DNA of 64,000 nucleotides. Source: Octopus vulgaris (lineage: Eukaryota). Of the stretch, positions 43,394-55,785 are shown piece by piece. The DNA lies in contig OX597817.1 of the NCBI GenBank assembly GCA_951406725.2, forward strand, positions 94,240,001 through 94,304,000, in the 5' to 3' direction. How positions within the stretch are numbered: the first letter of the stretch is position 1; the number at the start of each line of letters is the position of its first letter. Position numbers and translations under genes: made by a program. The notes beneath the pieces were generated by a model. It did no database searches. It saw only the letters and a program-made list of their open reading frames with translations, and had not been told where the DNA came from.

Positions 43394-44002
43394 AGTCTAA
43401 GATAATTAACACCTTGATGTCCTAAGAAAGAAAAAAATTTTTGAAAAAAATTTGGAAAAAGAATTTTGAATTAAATTTGAAAGGGGAAATTACTCCCCTT
43501 TTAGCGTATGATCTGCTACTTATTTAGAAGCAATATCAGGGATTATACTCCCCTTGTTTGACAAGTCATCTGTTTATAAACTGGTCACAGACGAACACAC
43601 AGACACAGGTTTTTATCAGCTGCTTGACCAACAATAGCCGCAACATATTTTCTCCCTAGCTGCTTCCTAGGCATACTGCCACACATACATAGGCGCACAC
43701 ACACATACATGTAGGTAGTTTCTCACACCCAAATAAGATAGCTTTCATTCTTAAAACAATTCGAACATTAACACTAGTTATACAGAATATGTTCACACTC
43801 TGGTTTTCTGCAATTCTTCCCCTACCCAATGTTAACTGGAATTTGACCTCGAATTAACTCAACGGACTTTTTCGTCGGCCTTCACCCACCCTGACGTCAA
43901 CGCATATTGAGAGACAGTCTTGTGCCATTCTTACCATGGGCTCCTAGGGAGCGTTTGTTCGAAAAGCTTGCTGCGCATTTGTTTGGAGATTTAAGTTCCT
44001 GG

Positions 44003-44088
44003 ATTTTCCTGAAGAGAATGCTGCAAAATGGTCTCCTTATTCAATCCGAATTAGGGAATTTGCAGCCTTTGAAACATGTGTAGAAAAT
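44003..44088 (+). ncRNA. Type I hammerhead ribozyme with canonical core and long stem II
   Basis: ATTTTC-CTGAAGA-GAATGCTGCAAA...TTTGCAGCCTTT-GAAA-C-atgt-G-TA-GAAAAT; predicted GUA cleavage after 44082. Confidence 0.82.
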
Positions 44089-44293
44089 AATAAAAAGGAA
44101 TTTTGTAAAATCTTCGTTCAGCTCCATTTCTTCCCTCACTAAATATAAAACTTCAATTATCCGCACTAAGGCACGGTTGCGATACCCCATGGTCGTAACC
44201 TCAACCGTGATTTTTCTGTTGTGATTTTTGCTACCCAGGTATCGGTTATAATTTGAATAATCCGTAACAAGATAATTCATTTATCCATTTCAT

Positions 44294-44338
<45 letters not shown>

Positions 44339-44358
44339 GTAATTATATATATATGTAA

Positions 44359-44389
<31 letters not shown>

Positions 44390-44540
44390 TGCGTGCGCGC
44401 GCGCACACGCACATATGTATATATATCTTGCACATATGTATATATATCTTGCAATGCCTGTACCACTTTGTGCACTCATTCACTTTAGTGACGTCTATGT
44501 ATATTATATATAAATATGTGCGTGTGTATGTGTAACGTAA

Positions 44541-44604
44541 GTTTAGAAAAAACCATTGGTTTCATATCTAGCGTGAACTAGACACCTCTTCAGTTTCTCT
44601 AAAC
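44541..44604 (-). ncRNA. Hammerhead ribozyme motif in left inverted arm
   Basis: Minus strand: GTTTAGAGAAA-CTGAAGA-gGTGTCTAG-ttcacg-CTAGATAT-GAAA-CC-aat-GG-TT-TTTTCTAAAC. Confidence 0.7.
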
Positions 44605-46353
44605 GGTAACCGTTCTCTGCAAAGAATGTTTGCTTTAAAACACAAGAACGCCGGTGATTATTCAAGTAATAATCATCTTTAAAAGTATGGCCGAGCGAGT
44701 TGTCTTCCTTCGCTTGGTAGCGAGGTTTTCCAATTTTCAAGTAAAAATTACCGAAAATGTGGACAACTCACCACGGCTTCCCCACATGAGCCTCCTGGTT
44801 CATGTTAGTTCAAGAGAATTATAAATCTTTCTGCCAACCACAAATTACACAGTCTTGTTCCATTGCGATAGGGTCCACAAGTTTCCAATAATTTCCTCCT
44901 GCTGTTAAAGGGCGCACAATCGTCCTTTAGGCGCCATCGATATCGAAAATGTTACTTGATAGGGAGTTAGTATATGCTAGACGAATTACCGACATAAGTG
45001 ATAGAGAAATAGATATAATTATGTACGCTAGGAAAACGCTACTATTCAACAAAGATTCAACCTGGGTCAAACGAACTGACCCTGAAGGCTCATTCGACGT
45101 CGCTGATATTTGCGATCGTAAAGGGTTTTAATATTCTGGACACCCAAGGTAATAAATTACCCTCTGTTCACTTCGGCTTATATAGAGATGACGCCTATAG
45201 AGATGAGGCCATACTTTAGATAAGCTTAGAAAAGACATCATACACACCCTAAACGACCTCGGCATTAAAATCATTGAAACTTACCTCACCTTGGTGAACT
45301 TCTTGGATGTCGCGCTTGATCTAGATAGTGACATCTACAGACCATACCGTAAACCGAATGATAGGATATCGTACATTAATACAGTCTCCTACCAGCCAGT
45401 CACCCATAGTGTGCAAAAATCTAATAAAAGGTATCAGTAAACGGATTTCGATCTTATCTTCAAATAAAGATGTTTTTTGACGCAGCGGCTCCCCCTTACA
45501 AATGAGGCGGTAGCGGCCAGCGAGTTCAAAGAGAATATAGTATATGTACCTGGATTGAGTAACCATAAAAGGAAACGCCACCGCAAGATCTTATGGTTCG
45601 CTTCCCACTTCTCCCTAAACGTCCGGACATACATAGGTAAGATTGTGTTTTGGTTGATTGATAAGCACGCGATTACACAAATATAGAAGGATCTTTAACA
45701 GGCATACTTTAATAATCTCTTTTAGTTGTGCACCTAATATTAAGAATAAATTACTTAGCACTCCTAAACCACGGACATAGGCAGGTTTTTCATGCAGGAT
45801 TAGAAATTAATGCCCAGTGGACGGCCGATGTAACACCGAGGTTACAGTGTACCAAGCAAAGGTAGCCTCTAACGGAAGCAGCACAAATATCAATAGCATA
45901 AATGCCAACACAGGGACATAAACTAAAATTTAAGTCGCATCTTGTGAATCCAGATTTAAAATTCGCCTGACCAATCACAGGGTCCCGGAAAGATGCAACA
46001 CAACAACACTTGCAGCATACGTATGGCGCGTAAAGGACTTCAACAGCAGGTGCAAATTATTGGAAACTTGTGGATCCTATCGTAATGGAACAAGAATGGG
46101 TAAATTGTGTTTGGCAGAAAGGTTTATAATTCTCATGAACTCACATGAGCCATGAGGCTACCTTAACTCCAGGACAGAAGCCGTGGGGAGTTATCCACAT
46201 TTTCGAAAACTTTTACTTCAAAATTGGAAAACCTAGCTATCAAGCGAAAGAAGACAACTTGCCCGGCTATATTTTTAAAGAGGATTATTTCTTGAACTAT
46301 CACCGGCGTTCTTGTGTTTTAAAACAAACATTCTTTGCCAGAGAACGGTTACT

Positions 46354-46422
46354 GTTTAGAGAAACTGAAGAGATGTCTAGTTCACTCTAGATATGAAACC
46401 AATGGTTTGTTATTTTCTAAAC
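46354..46422 (+). ncRNA. Hammerhead ribozyme motif in right arm
   Basis: CTGAAGA at 46365, stem II ATGTCTAG/CTAGATAT, then GAAACCAATGGTT. Confidence 0.68.
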
Positions 46423-46498
46423 TTACGTTACACATACACAAATAAATATCTCTATATTTAATAGGGTATGCTCTTCTCCTGATTTATGATATTGTAAC

Positions 46499-46571
<73 letters not shown>

Positions 46572-46589
46572 CATATATTTTTTTAATAT

Positions 46590-47200
46590 TATTAACGAAT
46601 TGACCGCCACGCATCCATTTCCAAGTAAGTTTATCTTAACCCTTTTGATGCGACTCTACTCTCCACTGTTCTTCGCTAATTCCCTTTTCTCCCCTTCACC
46701 GTTTTCTATCTGTCTCTCTCTCCCCTCTTTCTCTTTTTCTCTCTCTCGTTGCTCACACGTGACCATCGTCCATCTTTATTTTCCTCACATGATCATCTTT
46801 CTTTTCTTGCACGACGTGCTGAGGACTGGACGACTTCTAGCTCTCTCCTGTCTTTTCTCTTTTGAAAGAATATTTCTCCCAGCGTTCACTATTTTCACTT
46901 CATTCTGGTCTAACGACCCTCCATGTTTTCGTTCGGTTTCCTTATGTCTCCACTGTCCTGTTCTTGTTCCCAACTTTGATCCTCCATAAATCCAAAATTT
47001 CATTTTGGGAGTTATGGGAGTAACTGTCTTCGAAGACTCATATTATCATTGAATGCTCGTAATGCGGAGTAGATAGAAGCCGACAACTGATGAAAGGTCA
47101 TTCTTTGTGTCTTGTTTTCCACTTTATCTCTCGTTGTTTGCGCATTTAACTCGATCGTTTTCGTACTTCATGTTGTTTACAGTCGGTGACGTCCTGTACT
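46590..47200 (+). mobile_element. PLE-terminus-like segment with degenerate hammerhead (47024-47076)
   Basis: CTGTC-tTCGAAGA...GTAA-tgcggaG-TA-GATAG; related sequence at 33000-33175. Confidence 0.5.
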
Positions 47201-47240
47201 CATATATCTATATCTATATATATATGTATATGTGTGTGTG

Positions 47241-47278
<38 letters not shown>

Positions 47279-47481
47279 CAGTGTACATTTCAAGACGGTA
47301 TTAAGAGGTATCCACCATAGGACTCCCTTACGCTAGAATATATCTATATATATCTATATCTATATATATATGTATATGTGTGTGTGTGTGTATAAATATA
47401 TATATATATATATATATATAAATACAGTGTGCATTTCAAGACGGTATTAAGAGGTATCCACCATAGGACTCCCTTACGCTA
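47200..47481. repeat. Tandem duplication, ~140-bp unit including (TA)n
   Basis: AATACAGTGT.CATTTCAAGACGG...CCCTTACGCTA present twice. Confidence 0.85.
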
Positions 47482-47886
47482 AAAGGAACAGCTAAATTTC
47501 AAACCACTAATTAGGGATAAAATATCGAAGGGAATGAAAAATAAAAGCATTTACCATCTATTTCCTGGACCATGGTGTCAGACTTTTTTTAGCAAATAAA
47601 ATAATTTGCCAGGCGAAGTCTTCGTCAACAGGTACGCCAAGATTAAACATATAAGTACGAGGCGAATCCAGCATGTGCCACTTGCTTATACATTCTAATT
47701 TTTCAAATCTAATGTGCAAGCGCAGTTTTTTGTCGGCAGCAAAAAAATGCCGGCAATTTCTTCGAACGATTTTCCAGAAATCATTATACATAATTAATAA
47801 TATCAGGGTAATAAAGATTTTAGAAAGTTTTAGTAAAAATTTCTAAAATCTTTATTACTCTGATATTATTAATATATATATATATA

Positions 47887-48899
47887 TTGCATATTTGAGT
47901 TTGTTGGCACTGTTAGTTACGAGCAGATCTTCGAAAGCGATGAGAAGCCGAAAGGGTATGCTCTCACTTTCAGTGTTTTCAAATCCAAACCAAGGAGTTT
48001 CTGAGCTGATGATAGAAGTGTCGTGTTGTCTTATCTTGAAACGTACGTTCTCAAATAACCTTTGCATTTGATTTTTTGATGTCTTTACCCCCAAACTTTC
48101 GTGAGTTGAGTTGAGCAAACACTATATGAGAGAGGTTTTCTTTAAGTATTAGAAATAGTTTTAAAAAAGTTTTTTAGCTGCTATTTCTAATGAGTTCAGT
48201 ATGCGGCAAAGTAATTTATTTTACTAAGCCCTTTTATATAATGTAATAATTTGAATTCGCCTTAAATGGTCCCTTTGCATACTGAACACTTGATGAAATT
48301 GATTAATAATTAATTAATTTTACCCTCAATTGTTGAAATTATAATTAATCTCCCTCTAATTAATGCTTCGGATTTTACCGAAATAAGCATAGTGTTTGCT
48401 GATTTTAACCCACGCTGGTGGAAAGGGGAGAACAGAAATTCTTCGCTTGCATATTTGAGTTTGTTGGCACTGTTAGTTACGAGCAGATCTTCGAAAGCGA
48501 TGAGAAGCCGAAAGGGTATGCTCTCACTTTCAGTGTTTTCAAATCCAAACCAAGGAGTTTCTGAGCTGATGATAGAAGTGTCGTGTTGACTAATCTTGAA
48601 ACGTACGTTCTCAAATAACCTTTGCATTTGATTTTTTGATGTCTTTACCCCCAAACTTTCGTGAGTTGAGTTGAGCAAACACTATATGAGAGAGGTTTTC
48701 TTTAAGTATTAGAAATAGTTTAAAAAAAGTTTTTTAGCTGCTATTTCTAATGAGTTCAGTATGCGGCAAAGTAATTTATTTTACTAAGCCCTTTTATATA
48801 ATGTAATAATTTGAATTCGCCTTAAATGGTCCCTTTGCATACTGAACACTTGGTGAAATTGATTAATAATTAATTAATTTTACCCTCAATTGTTGAAAT
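47887..48899. repeat. Partial tandem duplication, period 560 bp (47887-48339 matches 48447-48899), unknown element in (TA)n
   Basis: Near-identical direct copies; duplicated ORFs 47855-48118 and 48310-48678. Confidence 0.9.
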
Positions 48900-48934
48900 A
48901 TATATATATATATATATATTAATATGTATGTATT

Positions 48935-48978
<44 letters not shown>

Positions 48979-48989
48979 TTCATCTTCAT

Positions 48990-49177
48990 CCCTCGTCCGT
49001 TCACTAATTGTCTGGAAAGCAAAGACCATTAAAGTTTGGCACCACTGACGTCGGAATTCATTCCTACAGCTGAGTGAATTGGAGCAATGTGAAATAAAGT
49101 GTCTTACTCCCGGGAATCGAACTCACTCACTTCCTCATGATTGTGAGCCTAATGCTCTAACCACTGAGCCATGTCCC

Positions 49178-49180
<3 letters not shown>
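48990..49180 (-). mobile_element. tRNA-derived SINE family D
   Basis: Minus-strand A-box TGGCTCAGTGG and B-box GTTCGATTCC. Confidence 0.75.
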
Positions 49181-49207
<27 letters not shown>

Positions 49208-49208
<1 letters not shown>

Positions 49209-49575
49209 TGAAATGGATAAATGAATTATCTTGTAACGGATTATTCAAATTATAACCGATACCTGGGTAGCAAAAATCACAACAGAAAAATCACGGTTGG
49301 GGTATCGCAACCGTGCCTTAGTGCGGATAATTGTAGTTTTATATATTTAGTGAGGGAAGAAATGGAGCTGGACGAAGATTTTACAAAATTCCTTTTTATT
49401 ATTTTCTACATATGTTTCAAAGGCTGCAAAGTCCCTAATTCGGATTGAATAAGGAGACCATTTTGCAGCTTTCTCTTCGGGAAAATCCAGGGACTTAAAT
49501 CTCCAAACAAATGCGCAGCAAGCTTTTCGACAAACGCTCTCTAGGAGCCCATGAATGGCACAAAACTGTCTCTGA
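49208..49575 (-). mobile_element. Solo terminal (pLTR) fragment of the 41681-44295 family, with hammerhead at 49401-49486 (CCGAAGA core)
   Basis: Reverse complement of ~43910-44295; (TA)n on both sides. Confidence 0.9.
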
Positions 49576-49576
49576 C

Positions 49577-49625
<49 letters not shown>

Positions 49626-51176
49626 GTGACCGTAACGGATTCCTGCATTCCAGAGGTGAAAAGTTATATTTGTCTTCGGCTTTAGAGTTTGACGAGACGT
49701 CCATGGAGTTAAGCCCTTTGTAAATGAAAGACGATTGGTCACTCTCACTGGTTATTCCACAAACACCGGTATCATAATGGAACAATCATTGTATGACCAT
49801 ATGTAGTTACAGTTTGAGCTACAATGTGTAACCATTGAATTACAAGTATAAAGCAGCTGATGAGATTCCATACAGTTTCCATTTATCTGATTTCACTCAC
49901 AATTGATATGAGGTTATGAATACAAAATATAACAGTCTTCGTTGCTATGTGATACCCACCTAGTACCTCATATTGTGGTAGTGATGTAGTTGTTGCAGTT
50001 GTGATGGGAGTATTACCAGCGGTGTTATTATTGATTTGCTATTGTGCTGTTTTTGTTAGTATCTCTGATGACATTGATGTAGCTTAGAATAATGTCTTAA
50101 TGAGAATGATGGACTGGCTTCAGGGAGATTTAGCTACTATTTATAACACCTTGAATGACTCTTCTTTGTATGTGTGCGTGACAGTAGTTGTGTTTCTTGT
50201 AAATAGCTATGTAGGCTATACAACTATACATAAATAAACACTGCATGCACATGCACACACATACACACATATATAAATCTGTAGACCGAATTATTCTGTT
50301 TGATACATTTACAGTGTCAGCGTAGAAGCAATATATATGTGCCTGTGTGAGTGTATGCATGTATACGCGCATATATGCATAAATGCATATATACGCTTAG
50401 AGGCACACACACGCACACATACGTATACACGTATATATGTCTTCGTATATATGTCTTCGTATATATGCATACGTGCATGTGCTAGCACCTTTAAGCTATA
50501 TTGATGTTAGAAGCCCAAGAAACTTACATCGTAATGGTAGGTCTGAACAGTTTACTGAGATAGAACGAAAACGGCTTCGATTAAGAACGTTGAAGACAAT
50601 TTCACAAGGTTGCTGTAAAATGGCAAAGAGATGGAACAAAAATCAATAAGGTTGAAATGAACTGCGCAATCAATAGATCAATATCTGTCACATCTATAAT
50701 ATCTAAAGCGAAGTAGTAATGAAAACGAGGGAAGAATATTCAATTTTCCTTCAATTAAATTGATTATACAGTGTTTCCATTGTCATGTCTACTTAAGATC
50801 AATGTTATTGTAAGATACTTAGTGGACACAAATCTGTTGTAGACGCTAGTGACTTTGTAAAATAGAGTTGTTAGTTGTAATGGTGATTTTAGATAGACTC
50901 AATGGCGACAGATTACATGTGTGCTTATGACGTTTATTTTATATAATGTGGCACCAGATCGAGACCATACACGTTAGACAGGCGTATACTTTTATAACCT
51001 CGATTTATCCAATGCCTGCGATGGGAATTTGGGAAATTGTAACTGTAGAAGCCATTCATCGTTCCTTTTTCACCCACTCTCTCTCTCTTTCTCGCTCTCT
51101 CTCTTTATACTTATATATGTGAATGTGCATAAATATGTATGTATTCACATTTGTATATATATATATATATGTATGA

Positions 51177-51207
<31 letters not shown>

Positions 51208-51213
<6 letters not shown>

Positions 51214-51373
51214 TTATTAGAGACAAAACCACTATTTTGCAAAACAAACAAGGAAAGACTTAATCAATACATAAAATTTTAATAAATTTGACTATTTATT
51301 AAAATTTTATGTATTGATTAAGTATTTCCTTGTTTGTTTTGCAAAATAGTGGTTTTGTCTCTAATAATATTTT
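51208..51373. repeat. Near-perfect ~165-bp palindrome in (TA)n
   Basis: TAAATATTATTAGAGACAAAACC...GGTTTTGTCTCTAATAATATTT; centre near 51290; right arm extends to ~51460. Confidence 0.92.
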
Positions 51374-51455
51374 ATAATATTTTACTATAAAATTGGATTT
51401 AATCCTAAATCTGATTTTTTTCCCTGTAAATTTGGATTTATTCCCTAATATTTAT

Positions 51456-51497
<42 letters not shown>

Positions 51498-51567
51498 GTC
51501 TGTGTGTACATATACATGTGTATGTATGTATATGTGTGTGTATGTGTATGTACATGTATATGTATGA

Positions 51568-51717
51568 GTAGCTGTGTAGTAAGACGATTGCTTCTCAACC
51601 ATAAGGTTGCGGGTTGAGTCCTTCTGCGTGGCAACTTGGACAAGTGCCTTCTACTATAGTCTCGGCGAGTAGATTTGGTTGACGAAAACCGAAAGAAGCC
51701 CGTTGTATACATATATA
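51568..51717 (+). mobile_element. SINE family A 5' half, interrupted by Tc1
   Basis: GCTGTGTAGTAAG head through GAAAGAAGCCCGTTGTATA. Confidence 0.75.
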
Positions 51718-52989
51718 TAGTGGTTGGACGAAATAATAGATACAACTTAAAATTTCAAACAAATTTATTTTAATATGGGGTACGACCACCTTTGGCAGTA
51801 ATTACAGCTTGAATTCTACGAGGTATGGACTCGTATAAAGTTTGAATTGTCTCCAAAGGAATTTTTGTCCATTCTTCAGCTAAAACAGTCTTCAGTTCTT
51901 GTAATGATGATGGTGGAGGATATCGACTCCTTACTTGTTTTTCTAAAATGCAACATAAATGTTCAATAATATTGAGATCTGAGGTCTGTGGTGGCCAGAT
52001 AACATGTTCAACTTCACTAGAATGTTCCGTGTGCCATTCAGAAACAACTTTAGCTGTGTGAATTGGTACATTATTATCCTGAATGATTGTGTTTCCCTCG
52101 GAAAAAGTTCCGCAACCATAGGATAAATTTGATCTGGCAAAATCCTTAAATAGTCTTGACTATTAATTCTCCCATGAAGGGAAACCATTTGGCCAGCGGA
52201 TTTCCAAGATATAGCCCCTTTCCCCGATCATCACAGATCCTCCTCCATGCTTAACAGTTGGAAGAAGGCAGTCTAGGTCTTTTGGCTGTCTCCACACGTA
52301 TACCCGGCCGGTGGTCGGTAATAGGGTAAAGGATGACTCGTCCGAGAAAATAACATTCTTCTACTGCTCTAGGGACCAATTCTGTAGGTTTTTACTCCTC
52401 TCTAAACGCTTTGCAACGTTTATTTTTGAAAGTAGTGGCTTTCTGATTGCAGCCCTCCCGTGAAATCTGGCTTTGTGCAGCTCCCGGCGAACAGTTTATG
52501 TAGAAACTGGGTTCTCGAGGTGGTCATTAAGCACTGCAGTAATTTTGGGAGCTGTACTTTTGTGATCATTTCTAACAATTCGCATTAGATAGGGACTGTC
52601 GGATTCTTATTCGACAGTCCCTATCTGGAAGTTTTGGTTTTCGTTCGGAGATTTGTTTCGACTAGGAGGTTCTTCCCTCTTTCTCAAAGGCTGTCATTAC
52701 TTTCAAGACAGTATATTTTGATACAACAAGCATTTCGGCAGTTTTCGTTACGCTAGGGTCATACGAGCACGAACTGTTTGACCTCGTTGAAAGTCCGATA
52801 GATCTGCTATTTTAATGAATTTTAATTACCTTTTTCTGATGCTATCTGAAAAGAAACAGTAATGTTAGCAAAACATATTAAGCAACACTAATAATACATC
52901 AAAAAACAGAAATAAACAAGCATTTGACGGTTTTACAGATATTTCAAAATTATGATGGTAGGTGTTTCCATTGTTTTGTCCAACTCCTG
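51718..52989 (-). mobile_element. Tc1-like (DD34E) DNA transposon, decayed, TA target
   Basis: TIRs TAGTGGTTGGACGAAATAATAGATACAAC / GGTGTTTCCATTGTTTTGTCCAACTCCTG; minus-strand DLSDFQRGQ, VIFSDES, WPPQTSDLNIIEH, GGRTPY stop. Confidence 0.9.
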
Positions 52990-52991
52990 TA

Positions 52992-53043
<52 letters not shown>

Positions 53044-53180
53044 GTAGGATAAATTTCGAAAAAAATTCTTAGAGCATTTCTATTTTGGATGTATTTGGGG
53101 TACTTAATTGTACTCATGACTTAGTGTTTGCTTCTTCCATGGGTATGAGTAAGTATTTCATTTATTTCTTTTGCCACATG

Positions 53181-53238
53181 TCTCACTGACGAAGGGAGGG
53201 CTGTTATAAGCTAACCCTGAAATCGGTCCGATATGGTA
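53181..53238 (+). ncRNA. Hammerhead-like motif in a solo PLE-terminus-like segment (53042-53390)
   Basis: CTGACGA-AGGG...CCCT-GAAA-TCG-gtc-CGA-TA; stem I weak. Confidence 0.6.
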
Positions 53239-53419
53239 ATAATGGAATTTTTTAGAAATTTCTGTCCACCTTTTTTCAAGTAGCGTGCGTATTGTGAAAA
53301 AATTATATGGTTAATGGAAAATATGTCCAATTTTTCGGCATATTTGACATTAGAAATTTTTTCGTTTGCCCTTATTTATGAATTGTTTATATATATATAT
53401 ATATACATACCTATATATA

Positions 53420-55225
53420 TAAAGGGAAAGTTTACGAAAATAAATAAAAGACGAAGGCAGGTGGTGTACAAACAAACAAATGTATTAGTATAGCGCTCAG
53501 GAATAGAAAAAGTCTTTTACGTTTCGAGCCTACGCTCTTCCACAGAAACATACACAGAAAAAAAAACAAGGAGAGAAACAAGCAGAGAAAAACAATGCGT
53601 GTAGTAGCTAACGATCTATCATGGCGTCTGACTTCGGACAGAATGGTCAGACGCGAGAGGGACAGTAGGGGAGATAATAGGGTCAAGTGACTTCCAGTAC
53701 GAAGAAGGCCCCAATACAAAGGTGCGTGTGTGTATAAGAGAGTATGTATGTGCGTGTAAAAGAGGGCTGGTGGTCTGGACGTGTGTGTGTATGTATGTGT
53801 GGGTGTGGAGATGTGGGGATAGGTGTGTGGGTGGTGTGTTGTGGTGTGATGTGTGTATGTATGTGTAGGTGTAAAGATGCGGGAATGGGTGTGTGGGTGG
53901 TGTGTTGTGGGTGTATGGGTGGTGTGGTGTGATGTAATGTGTAACGTTGTATGGTGTAGTGTGGTGTGGTGTGATGTTGTGGGGAGGTGGGAGGCGTGTG
54001 ATATTGTAGGGTGTAGTGTAGTGTAGTGTGCTGTGATGTTGTGGGGAGGTGGGGGACGCGAGAGTAGGGAAAGCACAGGTGGGGTGTGGGTTCGGCTGGG
54101 GGTTGTGGGTAGGTGGAGGGTGGGGTTAGAGGTGAGGTATGTGGGGAGGGGTGTGGGATAGGGGTGAGGTATGTGGGGGAGATGGGAAGGATGGGAAGGA
54201 TAGGGAAGGTGGAGTAGGGGTGGGTGGATGGGTTTATGGGGGAGGGGAAGGTGGGTATGTGAGGCGAGAGAGGAGGAGAGAAGAGGAAATAAGGGGAGAA
54301 GAGGAGAGAGAGGAGGAGAGAAGAGTGGGAGGAGGAGGAGGGGAGGGAAGAGAGAAGAGAGGGGGAGAAGGGGAGGAAAGAAAAGAGGAGGAGAGGGGGA
54401 CGAAGAGAAGAAAGAAGAGAAGAAAGAAGAGTGGAGGGGGAGAGAGAAGAGAGGGAGGGGGAGAGAGGGGAGAAGGAGAGGGAGGGAGCAGAGAGAAAGA
54501 GAGAAGGGAGAAGAGGGTAGAGGGAAAAGAGGGAAGAAGAGGGAAAGAGAGTAGGGGCGAAAAGATGTAGGAGTGAAGAGAAGTAGGAGTCGGGGAGGAG
54601 GTTAGAGGAAAAAGGGGGGAGGTTAGATGAAAAAAAAGGTGAGAGACGGGAGGTAGATGAAACGGGGTGGTGAGTTGAGCCCAAATGGCGTAAAAGAGCG
54701 AAGAGAGAAGATTAATCCCTGTTCATAGCGAAAGCGGGAGTCCGGATGGCCTCTGTGCAAGGACAATTCGAACACAGATATATGTTGCAATGAGTGACCA
54801 GTGGAGCGGAAATGGCGTCAGACTGGAGTGTCATTGCCGGGGCGGATTTCTCGGAGTTGTTCCACGAACCGGTCAGCCAAGCGGCGTCCCGTTTGTCCGA
54901 TGTACAGGGAATGGTAGAGAGAGCAGGAGATGCAGGTGAAGGAGTCGATGATGTGATAGGGTATTTGATGGGTGCCGGTGAGGAGGGTGGTGTTGGAGAA
55001 GTAAGAGCAAGTGTGGTAGCGTGGGCTGGAGCAGGGGAACGAGCCAGGTTGGGAGGTAGGGTTGGGGAAGAAGCTGTGGACAAAGAGGTCTCGTAGGTTA
55101 TGGGCTCGTTTGAAGGAGGGGAGGGGTCGGTTAGGGAAGATGTGTGAAGTGGACGGATCGGAATGGAGATGCCGGAAAGCTCGAAGAATGGTGCGTTGGA
55201 GAGGTAGGGTGGTGAGGGGGGAAAG
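53420..55225 (-). mobile_element. Neptune-like PLE 3' part (family of 31722), with hammerhead motif at 53513-53550
   Basis: Minus-strand YIGQTGRRLADRFVEQL; terminus matches 32700-32890; core CTGTGGA. Confidence 0.9.
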
Positions 55226-55269
55226 ATATGTGTGTGCGTGTGTGTCTGCGTGTGTGTCTGCGTGCGTGT

Positions 55270-55785
55270 GACCTTGGGTTTACTTCCCCGTAACTTAGCG
55301 GTTCGGCTAAAGTTAGCGATGGAATAAGTACTAGGATTACAAAGAATAAGTCCTGGTGTTAATTTGTTCGACTATAGGTGATGCTCCAGCATAGCCGCAG
55401 TCAAAAAACTGAAGCAAGTAAAAGAACATATATATGGTTCCGAGTTCATTCCCACTGCGTGGCACCTTGGGCAAGTCTCTTCTACTATGGCCTCGTGTCG
55501 ACCAAAGACTGGTGAGTGGATTTGGTAGACGGAAACTGAAGGAAGCCCGTCGTATTTACGTATATATATATATGTGCGTATGTGCGTGTATATGTTTGTG
55601 TGTCTGTGTTTGTCTCCCCATCATCGCTTGACAACCGATGGTGGTGTGTAACTTAGCGGTTCAGCAAATGAGAAGATAGAATAAGTACTAGGCTTACAAA
55701 GTATAAGTTCTGGGTTCGATTTGCTCGACCATAGCCGGTGCTCCAGCATGGCCGCAGTCAAATGACTGAAACAAGTAAATGAGAA
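55270..55785 (+). mobile_element. Two tandem SINE family A fragments
   Basis: CCCCGTAACTTAGCGGTTCGG...GTAAAAGA, then TGGTTCCGAGTTCA...GAAACAAGTAAATGAG. Confidence 0.85.

Larger units (their letters stand above)
41681..44295 (+). mobile_element. Naiad-like PLE, 5'-truncated, young; near-identical inverted arms 41681-41907 and 43914-44143; in (TA)n
   Basis: RT thumb PYHKP....YV...SNH...NISQRL.NLS.N...F.....Y..AL..AGY; GIY-YIG YIGASS...RISNH..TF...HATGLSKLIW.LK...W.I...CNLC..E. Confidence 0.92.
44525..46500 (+). mobile_element. Third Naiad-like PLE, decayed, with ~400-bp inverted arms (44525-44930 and 46030-46437)
   Basis: ARKTLLFNK...WVK, GLYRDD, VNFLDV.LDL, PYRKPND, RKILWF...FSLNVRT.IGK; arms complementary. 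Confidence 0.88.

Noticed and set aside
43393-43910. SECIS element or selenoprotein, as reported for some Naiad PLEs
   Set aside because: No in-frame TGA at Cys positions in the visible ORF and no convincing AUGA/AA/GA kink-turn stem by eye; a SECISearch run would settle it
53683-54684. 333-aa Ser/Pro/Leu-rich ORF and the opposite Gly/Glu/Arg-rich ORFs
   Set aside because: Translation of the low-complexity PLE UTR
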